Positions 27,975 through 37,579 of a stretch of DNA of 64,000 nucleotides are shown piece after piece (position 1 is the first letter of the stretch; each line of letters starts with the position of its first letter). Location: the NCBI GenBank assembly GCA_964014485.1, contig CAXHAT010000011.1:1-64000 (forward strand), read 5' to 3'. Below the pieces are notes generated by a model. The model saw nothing but the letters and a program-made list of their open reading frames with translations. It made no database searches and was not told the origin of the DNA. This DNA comes from an uncultured Deferribacteres bacterium (GTDB lineage Bacteria > Zhuqueibacterota > Zhuqueibacteria > Zhuqueibacterales > Geothermadaptataceae). The position numbers and the translations under genes are program-made.

Positions 27975-28775
27975 TCAAGTATAAATGGCTTCGGTTATAT
28001 GAACTAGAGAAGGCTTGCATTCGCCTATTCCGACGGCGTCATAGGTAACGCTGTTACCAACCGGAGATCGATCCGTCTTCGCCTGTACTCTGAACCATTG
28101 TCCACATGGAATATCGATCGTCCAATGTCCCCCCACGGGCAAGACGATTCCGGCATATTCAGTAAAAGCCTGCCAGTTAAAAGAAATGAAAAGATATCTG
28201 GGGCCATCACTTCGATTGAATAGAGTGAATCGAGTTCCTTTGCCGGCCGGAGTATACCTTGGACGTTTTGGAATCTCGGGATAAATTTCCACAAGTGGTT
28301 TCCAATTAGCGGGCCGCAAAGCGTAGAATTGATGAATCGGCGAAGTATAGCCCCAACATCTCAGCGATTCAGCAGGTATTTCTTCATCAGCTAGAGTGAC
28401 CCAATCCCTGCTTGCGCGATGCCACCAGCGCGTCACAGGCATCGTGCCACTCTCTCTTCTTCTTGAAGCGTAGAATTGAAAAGTTTTCTGCTCATACCCC
28501 CATGCACGCATCTTATAATCCGGGATTTCTCCTCCTGCCAATGAAATCCAATCCTTATCTCGGGGGTGAAACCAACGATGGACGGGATTTGGACGCCAAA
28601 GTTCTCCAGGAGTGAGCCATGCATCAAACTGATGGATTTTCTTGGAGTAACCGAGGCGAAAAAGTTGTTCGTCGGGCAACTCATTTTCTGCCAGAGTCCA
28701 CCAATCTCCTTTTATGGGATTCCACCAACGATAAACTTTTACTCTTTTTTGAGCATTAACGCTATTAAAATTCAT
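27975..28775 (-). CDS. Protein with three ~50-aa Trp-rich repeats (DUF5648/beta-trefoil-like) and a C-terminal beta domain
   Basis: Repeat V.RW(W/F).P...DW.(T/S)LA..E.P...(L/M)..(L/W)GY.....QF.A occurs three times; AAGGAG RBS. Confidence 0.7.
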   Translation of the reverse strand: MNFNSVNAQKRVKVYRWWNPIKGDWWTLAENELPDEQLFRLGYSKKIHQFDAWLTPGELWRPNPVHRWFHPRDKDWISLAGGEIPDYKMRAWGYEQKTFQFYASRRRESGTMPVTRWWHRASRDWVTLADEEIPAESLRCWGYTSPIHQFYALRPANWKPLVEIYPEIPKRPRYTPAGKGTRFTLFNRSDGPRYLFISFNWQAFTEYAGIVLPVGGHWTIDIPCGQWFRVQAKTDRSPVGNSVTYDAVGIGECKPSLVHITEAIYT

Positions 28776-28851
28776 TTTATACTCCTTATAAATGCAAGAC
28801 GATAACTTTTAAAGAGTGAGATTCGGTAATTGAATATTATTTTCCGCTATG

Positions 28852-29130
28852 CCGTCTCATTGAAATCCCCCGGGGCCGCTCTTAAAAAACTTGCGAAAAG
28901 CTTCAAATTTCGCCAAGTTGAGACGGTCTTGATTTAGGAGGGCATTCCCGAATCAAGCATTATGAGGGCCCGTTTGTCTGACTGATGGGCTTTTGTTAAC
29001 CATGCTCTATCTGTTGCCACAGGTAGAGCATCTTTTTATTGCCAAAGCCAGGTTGCAACAAAAAGAGCGTTACTAAGGGCCGCGCATTAAAATCACCTCC
29101 TTTAAATCAGTGAATGACATGAAAACGCTC
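28852..29130. ncRNA. Candidate structured RNA / leader with abutting hairpins
   Basis: Stems 28852-59/28919-26 (inner 28889-98/28908-18), 28928-57, 28968-90, 29002-31, 29031-66, 29065-71/29124-30; no long ORF. Confidence 0.45.
29073..29087 (-). other. Minigene MRGP-TAG-TAA with a 12-nt Shine-Dalgarno
   Basis: AAAGGAGGTGAT (29103-29092)-TTTA-ATG CGC GGC CCT TAG TAA. Confidence 0.4.
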
Positions 29131-29136
29131 GTTTGA

Positions 29137-29373
29137 CTAAGTGAAGAGCAGTTCCACGACAATTTTGATGACTGCCGTACCGCTGAGTAATAGAACTGCG
29201 TGCATCAATTTGTTCTGTACCGCCTGTTTCGCCTCGAGCCTCGCCAGTTTACTCTTCAAGCCTTCAGCGCCGTTGCCAAAGACTGAATCCTGCAGAACCT
29301 TGGATTCAGTCTTCGCTTCATTTAGAAGGCGTTCAAGAACCGCTACTCTGGCTTCTATTGGGAGTCTGCTCAT
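29137..29373 (-). CDS. 78-aa coiled-coil protein with C-terminal TM (phage-type small membrane protein, holin/XhlA-like layout)
   Basis: GGAGA RBS before ATG 29373; EARVAVLE, VFGNGAEGLKSKLARLE, hydrophobic C-terminal segment. Confidence 0.65.
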   Translation of the reverse strand: MSRLPIEARVAVLERLLNEAKTESKVLQDSVFGNGAEGLKSKLARLEAKQAVQNKLMHAVLLLSGTAVIKIVVELLFT

Positions 29374-29579
29374 TTTTTCTGTCTCCAATCAAAGTTGCTT
29401 GCTGTGCAAGCACCAATGTGATTTCGTTTTTTTACTAAAGCGCGATACGCGCTTTAATAATAGAACCCGGCTATCGCAAAATCTGGGTGATTTTTTTCGG
29501 ATTGTAGCAAACCAAGTTTTCTTCGGTCCGCGAGTCAGTGATAAACGGCGGGTCGATATAGTTTAAAGCGAAGGTTCTT

Positions 29580-30218
29580 ATGATAACTAACGAAGCGCAG
29601 AAGGAGCTTATCAAATCAATTCAACGGGGTGACCAGGCAGCCGAAAACAAGCTAATAAGGTACTACCTGCGCGTTCTAAATAGATTTTATCCCGACTATC
29701 CGGACTTGGTGCAAGATGTCCTATTCTATTTTATCCGGAGAGTTAGATCAGGCGAGTTCAAGATTGGGGAGCATTATCCATGGGGATACGTACGGAAAGC
29801 CCTTTTATCGAAGATAGCGACTTACCATAAACGCTCAAAAAAAAGCCACGTGGAAATAGATAAGGTTGGAGTAGAAACAACACTTGCATCTAGCGTAGAA
29901 GCGCCCGAAACTCCCTTGCATAAACTGTTGCGCAAGGAGCACGAACGCCTAACGCAGCGTGTAGATCAAGAGCTTTCAGACGCCATCGAGCGCTTAAAAG
30001 ATCCACATAAACAGATAATGCGCTGGACGTTATATGATGGGAAAAAGCCTTTTGAGATTCGGGAAAAGTTGGATTTGCCTAAAGATGAGGAGCAGACAGT
30101 CTACGAACTCAAAAGACGCGCTCTAAATCTTCTCGAAGATGATGTTGTGCTTCAACGTTTATACTCAGAAATTACGAAACACGAAATTGACTTAAATGAG
30201 TTGATCCATGAAAGCTAA
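29580..30218 (+). CDS. ECF-type (sigma70 group 4) sigma factor
   Basis: Region 2: LIKSIQRGDQAAENKLIRYY..DLVQDV..YVRK; region 4: LSDAIERLKDPHKQIM..YDGK..EI.EKL..TVYELKRRALNLL. Confidence 0.82.
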   Translation: MITNEAQKELIKSIQRGDQAAENKLIRYYLRVLNRFYPDYPDLVQDVLFYFIRRVRSGEFKIGEHYPWGYVRKALLSKIATYHKRSKKSHVEIDKVGVETTLASSVEAPETPLHKLLRKEHERLTQRVDQELSDAIERLKDPHKQIMRWTLYDGKKPFEIREKLDLPKDEEQTVYELKRRALNLLEDDVVLQRLYSEITKHEIDLNELIHES

Positions 30219-30906
30219 ATCTAAGGCCGATAAGGAGTTCGATGCCACCATCGACAGATATTTGGACGGACTTCTTTCTTCTGAAGAAGCTGAAAATTTT
30301 GAACTTCTATGTATGCAAGAAGAAGCTCTTTTTCAGCGCTTCGAGCAAAGAAAAAGATTTCGACATGATGTGGCTCGGGTCATCAAAGAAAAGGGCGATG
30401 AGATTTTCCCCAAGCAAACCCCGGAAGAGGCGGAACGAGATCGAGAAATCGTCCGAGCAGCTATTCTCGGGCAAGAACATACACCCAATGTTGAAGCTAA
30501 AGACCGGGATTTAGAGTGGAAAGATCGTCTGGCAGTGATGTTCAAGCAAATTTCCGCCGATTTCAACCGCGCGTTTCCGAATCCCGCCTCGCTTGCGCTG
30601 GCCAAAAGCGAAGGCGGCGCTTTTGAAGTCAAAACAATTCAAAGCGACGACAAGAGTTTGAGTTTGCATGTCACGTCGGCGGTATTTGCTGATGATGCGC
30701 TCAAACTTTTGTTTAGCATAAAGAAAGGCGATCCAACGCCATTCACCGGCAGTCTTTGCATTTACAAGACTGCCAATGGAAAACGGGATCTCATCGAAAA
30801 AGTCCGTTTGGAAGACGACCCTGATTTTTTATCCGCTGGTATTGCAAAAGAAATTATCATCAAAAAAGATGAACTCGGCGAGTTTGAGTTTGAATTGTGC
30901 GATTGA
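30208..30906 (+). CDS. Putative soluble anti-sigma factor
   Basis: N-terminal IDRYLDGLLSSEEAENFE..L helical anti-sigma-type motif; 11-nt overlap with the sigma gene; no TM; C-terminal beta-rich domain. Confidence 0.7.
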   Translation: MKAKSKADKEFDATIDRYLDGLLSSEEAENFELLCMQEEALFQRFEQRKRFRHDVARVIKEKGDEIFPKQTPEEAERDREIVRAAILGQEHTPNVEAKDRDLEWKDRLAVMFKQISADFNRAFPNPASLALAKSEGGAFEVKTIQSDDKSLSLHVTSAVFADDALKLLFSIKKGDPTPFTGSLCIYKTANGKRDLIEKVRLEDDPDFLSAGIAKEIIIKKDELGEFEFELCD

Positions 30907-30912
30907 ACCGTT

Positions 30913-33900
30913 TTGACTGAGAATAAATTTAATACCCTTTCCGACTTTTTCTTTCCTGCCGCCAAGGCTCCTGCAACCGCTGCTCTCAAATGGCATGAGG
31001 TAGAAGTGTATCTATACGCCCGCTTGCAGACCTCGCCGCCGCCTGAAGCGCTCAAAGCCTTCTTGCTTGATCTTGAAGAGAATTGGCGACCTTTTATTGA
31101 AAGCCGCACTGAGAAGCAAGAGCAATTGACTATCGCTCAACGGTTGACATGGTGTGCTCTTCACAGCCGAGAATTCAAAACGCGTGCGGCATTCGACGTT
31201 TCGAGCGACAAACCGGATTTTATCTGCAAGGATGAGGAAGATAGTTGGCGCTTCATTCTAGCCTTCCGCTCGGGGGAAAAGCTCCAAATACCATTTGCGT
31301 GCGTGGTCGATACCGACGGCGCGATCTGCCATTTTGAGTTGAAATTGTGTCGGGGCGGTACGGGAAACGTGTATCATCATCCAGACAATCCGTTCAGAAT
31401 AACATCCTGCGAAAAAGACAACCTTATTGAAGATAATTTTATTGACGCCGTTGAGACGGCTTGGCGCGCGGCAAGACGACATGTTGATAACTGCAACGTC
31501 GACGGATGTTGGCGCATTATCGATCCGCCTGCCAAGCCTTTGGGCGGCCCATCCGCCGGAGGCGCGGCGGCTCTTGGCTGGCTTCACTTATTACGAGGAA
31601 CCAAGCCCGATACGCGTGTGATCGTCATCGCGGCGATTGATACAGGCGGCAAGTTGCAAAAAGTTGGAGGCGTGGAGGCTAAAACGCGTGCGGTGGCTGC
31701 GGCCAATGCGCGGAACAAAGACTCCGTTCATTCTTTTTTTGACAAAATTATTGTTGCGGCCCCGGAAAACCGGGACGCTGCTGTGAAGGATGAGGCGATT
31801 GTTCCAGAAATCGTGGGTTCACTCGCCGACTGCGCCGATGTCCGCTCACAGGCGGCGACGGACTTGATCCACTACTTGAACAAGTTGATCGAAGACTTGG
31901 ACGCAGTTCAAGGACGGAACCCAGCAAGGAGGAGTCGAGATATTGCAATCGATACTTCAGTCTACACACGCAAAATTGAAGCTAAAGATGAAACGTTCGA
32001 CCCAAACGATCCTAGAAGAAGGCAACATCGTTCCGTTCTTGAAGAGATGGAGTACCAAAAATATGAACTGCCAATTGAGCGTGAGCGCCGACTGAAAGAA
32101 CCGTGGTCCGATGTGTTCGAGCGCGCTCGAGAACCGCTTGTACTCAAAGGGGCCCCCGGTTCCGGCAAGACCTTCCTTTCGCGGCAGTCGGTTTTGAAAA
32201 TTGCGCTACAAGCTCGAGGCGCTTTGGCTGCTGGCGCCGGGCTCAAAGATGTCGGTTTACTGCCGATCTGGATTACAGCAAACGAACTGATACAATCTGC
32301 ATCCGTTCCTGATTGTATTCTTGAATCTATACGATGCAATAAAGTCAAGGGCAAATTGTCTCAAGCGTTTTTGCAGTGGTTCGAAGAATCCAGAATTTGC
32401 ATCGTCATAGATGCGCTGGATGAGATTTCGGAAACCAAAAGCGTCTTGAGGGAAAAGCTGCGGGCACTCAATGCATGGATTGGTAAGGGACGTTTGATGA
32501 TGACATGCCGAACGATGGATTGGCTTAAATTCCAAGATAATCTTGGTTCGATGATGCTTACCGAGGTCGAGCTGGCGACGCTTGACGATGACGAAAAACA
32601 GCAGCTTGTCCGTAAGTTTTTCGCCAGAGACTCAGAAAAGTGCGAACGCATGCTCAACCTGCTCGATGATAACAGGTCACTCGATTATGCCTGCGAGTCG
32701 CCGCTTTTGCTGAACTTCGCATGCTCGCTATGCGACGACCCTGACACGAAAATCGACAAGAACACAACTAGCGTCGGGCTTTACATTAAGATAATGGATC
32801 ACATTTTTTCAGGAAAGTGGCGGAATGTTGAGCCTTTCTGGGGAGATGAAGACGAGGACATCAGAGATTGGCAGAACAAGTTGCACTGCATCGCTTGGCC
32901 AATGTTTTCTAACACTCAGGAAGCAAAATACAATGAAAACGATAATGACGCAAAGTGGCGCGAAAAAAATCGATTTTCAAATATCGAGTGGAAGGCCGCT
33001 TGTAAACAAGCTGGAATCAACGATAGGAACAATCGCTTCTTCAAAGAACTGAAAAAGGTCGGCGTCTTGGTTTCCTCTGGCCGACGAGATAACCAGGACA
33101 AAGACCCATGTACGAGTTTTTTGCACCGTACGCTGTTCGAGTATAGCGCGGCTCGCGGCTTGGCGCTGGATAAAAACAATTATCGCACATGGATTGCTGA
33201 AAAGGCGAAAAAACGACCAGGAGAGCCGGGTGGCGTATTTTGGTTCGCCCCTGAATGGTGGGAAATGTTGACGTTTCTATCTGGCATAGAAAATATCGAC
33301 GTACAGCTTTTGCTCGATGCTGTTGATCAAAATTGCGACGATGTTTTCCACTCAATGCTTTACCTTAAGGCAAAATTCGTAGGCGCAGCCGACGGCACAA
33401 ACCATCTGAGTGGAAGTACCTTACCAATAATCTGTAGCGTAATTCAAATGGTGGTCGTTCAAGATAGTACCATCTCGACTTTACATAGATCGGTTATCCG
33501 TTCTATAATCAACCAGTTATCACTCACCCACCAGGTGAAAGAACAGCTTGGTATAACGCTATTAGACAGTCTTAACCCGCAAAGCGGTCCTGTTTTAAAT
33601 GACTTCATTTGTAAAATGTTGGGAGACATCAGAAGCGAACGGACTGTCAATCCTCTCATCCAAATCATGAGGCTTTATTCAAAGTCAATCGCCAAACTAA
33701 AAAGAGGCGAGCATGCTTATTTGGCTGATTTTGCATCTCAAGCGCTAGTCAGAATTAGAAGCGAAGGCGCAGTTTATGGTATCCTACAGTCCCTGAAAGG
33801 GACAGAACATTGGAGTTTGCAAATTTATGCTGCTTCGGCACTAGGTAGGATGGTAGGTTTCATAAAGTATGCTGCGGGAAAGGACAACATCAAGAAAGTT

Positions 33901-34920
33901 CCAGACCTTCTTAAAACTATGAGGGAAACAGAATATGCAGAGTTAGCTCAAATCGTTGCCGAAAAGCTTGGCGATATGAGAAGCGCACGCGCTGTGTCAG
34001 TGTGTTTACAGGCCCTACGACAAAATGAAGATTTGTCTTTACGTTCTGCCGTCTACTGGGCGTTAGATTGGATTTCTTGGGCGCTGACTGCTTCCAAAAG
34101 TGAACACCCCGATCCTAAAGCCTTTCGGCGACCAGATGAGCCCCAAATCGTCACAGAGGTCCCGGATAACATCAGAATCGAACAAACCGTTTTCGAACTT
34201 CTTAAGACTATCCGGGAAGCAAAAAATTGGGATTTGCGCGAACGCGCCGTTGAAGCCCTTATCGAATCTTCAAGGGAAGCTGTAAGTGATGAAGTGTTCG
34301 ATGAGATTGCCGGAGCTCTGGGGAGTATTAAAAGTGAGCACACTATTAAAGCTCTTGTCAACGCCTTGCGAGATACGCACAAAGATGTGCGCTGGGTTGC
34401 TGCCGAGGCTCTGGGAATTATTAAAAGCGAACGCACAGTTGATGCCCTTATCACTGCTTTACGGGATATTGACGAAGATGTGCGTTCGTCCGCCGCCTCT
34501 GCGCTGGGCAAGATTAATACCGAACATGCAATTAATGCCCTTGTCACAGCCTTATGGGATCCAGATGAGGATATACGTTTGACTGCTGTTAGAGGTCTGG
34601 GCGATGCCAATTGCGAACGCGCCGTGGATGCCCTTGTCGAAGTCTTAGTGGATGAAAATAGGGACATCCGTGCTAATGCCGCCTCATCACTAGGCAGACT
34701 TAAGAGCGAACGTACGGTTGATGCCCTCATAACTACCTTGTCGGATATTGATGTAGGCGTGCGTTTGTCCTCCGTTGATGCTCTGGGCAAGATCAAAAGC
34801 AAACGCACTATTGAGGCTCTTGTCGAACTCTTCCGAGATGAAGACCATGGCGTGAGAACGCATGCTGCCGATGCGCTATGGAATATTTCATGGGAACATA
34901 AAGTCCCAATCTTTAAATAA
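30913..34920 (+). CDS. Lon (S16) protease domain - NACHT NTPase - HEAT-repeat fusion protein (NLR-like STAND)
   Basis: GGPSAGG (S214) and VGGVEAK (K257); Walker A GAPGSGKT (413-420), Walker B IVIDALDE (497-504), TCR, SPLLL, FLHRTLFEYSAA; 31-aa PBS-lyase HEAT repeats at the C-terminus; TTG start 6 nt after the upstream stop. Confidence 0.88.
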   Translation: MTENKFNTLSDFFFPAAKAPATAALKWHEVEVYLYARLQTSPPPEALKAFLLDLEENWRPFIESRTEKQEQLTIAQRLTWCALHSREFKTRAAFDVSSDKPDFICKDEEDSWRFILAFRSGEKLQIPFACVVDTDGAICHFELKLCRGGTGNVYHHPDNPFRITSCEKDNLIEDNFIDAVETAWRAARRHVDNCNVDGCWRIIDPPAKPLGGPSAGGAAALGWLHLLRGTKPDTRVIVIAAIDTGGKLQKVGGVEAKTRAVAAANARNKDSVHSFFDKIIVAAPENRDAAVKDEAIVPEIVGSLADCADVRSQAATDLIHYLNKLIEDLDAVQGRNPARRSRDIAIDTSVYTRKIEAKDETFDPNDPRRRQHRSVLEEMEYQKYELPIERERRLKEPWSDVFERAREPLVLKGAPGSGKTFLSRQSVLKIALQARGALAAGAGLKDVGLLPIWITANELIQSASVPDCILESIRCNKVKGKLSQAFLQWFEESRICIVIDALDEISETKSVLREKLRALNAWIGKGRLMMTCRTMDWLKFQDNLGSMMLTEVELATLDDDEKQQLVRKFFARDSEKCERMLNLLDDNRSLDYACESPLLLNFACSLCDDPDTKIDKNTTSVGLYIKIMDHIFSGKWRNVEPFWGDEDEDIRDWQNKLHCIAWPMFSNTQEAKYNENDNDAKWREKNRFSNIEWKAACKQAGINDRNNRFFKELKKVGVLVSSGRRDNQDKDPCTSFLHRTLFEYSAARGLALDKNNYRTWIAEKAKKRPGEPGGVFWFAPEWWEMLTFLSGIENIDVQLLLDAVDQNCDDVFHSMLYLKAKFVGAADGTNHLSGSTLPIICSVIQMVVVQDSTISTLHRSVIRSIINQLSLTHQVKEQLGITLLDSLNPQSGPVLNDFICKMLGDIRSERTVNPLIQIMRLYSKSIAKLKRGEHAYLADFASQALVRIRSEGAVYGILQSLKGTEHWSLQIYAASALGRMVGFIKYAAGKDNIKKVPDLLKTMRETEYAELAQIVAEKLGDMRSARAVSVCLQALRQNEDLSLRSAVYWALDWISWALTASKSEHPDPKAFRRPDEPQIVTEVPDNIRIEQTVFELLKTIREAKNWDLRERAVEALIESSREAVSDEVFDEIAGALGSIKSEHTIKALVNALRDTHKDVRWVAAEALGIIKSERTVDALITALRDIDEDVRSSAASALGKINTEHAINALVTALWDPDEDIRLTAVRGLGDANCERAVDALVEVLVDENRDIRANAASSLGRLKSERTVDALITTLSDIDVGVRLSSVDALGKIKSKRTIEALVELFRDEDHGVRTHAADALWNISWEHKVPIFK

Positions 34921-35077
34921 AGTGCTAAAAAACTCGATGTCTTTCACAAACATAACAATGAAGTCAGTTGGCTATTGATGGTGAGAGTGAATGGTTTTCA
35001 CCCCTATTTTACTATTGATAAAATCTGTTATCAGTACCAAACTAACACCCTTTTGATCATAATTGCAGTGGGGAATT

Positions 35078-37291
<2,214 letters not shown>

Positions 37292-37463
37292 TCAGAAATA
37301 AGCGGATTCAACAACGCATTATCGCAACATCAACATTTTTTCAAAAGCGAATATTATACGAAGGGCGTTCGAAGCGGGCCGAGATGACGATGATTTATCA
37401 TTTTTTGTCTCGAACGATTAGCATTACAAGGTTAAGTCCGCCTCAGAACGCGTGATGAAAGAC

Positions 37464-37553
37464 ACGCTAAAGCGTGAACTACAAACCACAGTGCTTTCTC
37501 AACGCTCAGAGAAAAACGAGAGCACTGTGGTTTGTAGTTCAAACTTCAGTTTG
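37464..37553. repeat. REP-like palindrome with 21-bp perfect arms
   Basis: tgaactacaaaccacagtgct / agcactgtggtttgtagttca preceded by acgctaaagcgt. Confidence 0.75.
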
Positions 37554-37579
37554 TTCTCAGGTTTGCAAAAATTGCATGC

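Noticed and set aside
29092..29103. ATCACCTCCTTT as a 16S rRNA remnant
   Set aside because: No helix-45 or other rRNA sequence adjacent; better read as an SD on the minus strand
34053..34808. 251-aa repetitive minus-strand ORF
   Set aside because: Antisense mirror of the HEAT repeats
34315..34885. 93-bp periodicity considered as a CRISPR array or DGR template
   Set aside because: In-frame coding repeats with no constant repeat/unique spacer structure; no cas or reverse transcriptase gene in the window
27740..35070. Prophage or integrative element boundaries for the sigma/Lon-NACHT island
   Set aside because: No integrase, transposase or phage structural genes; the only shared flank sequence I saw is an 8-mer (cttttgat), expected by chance
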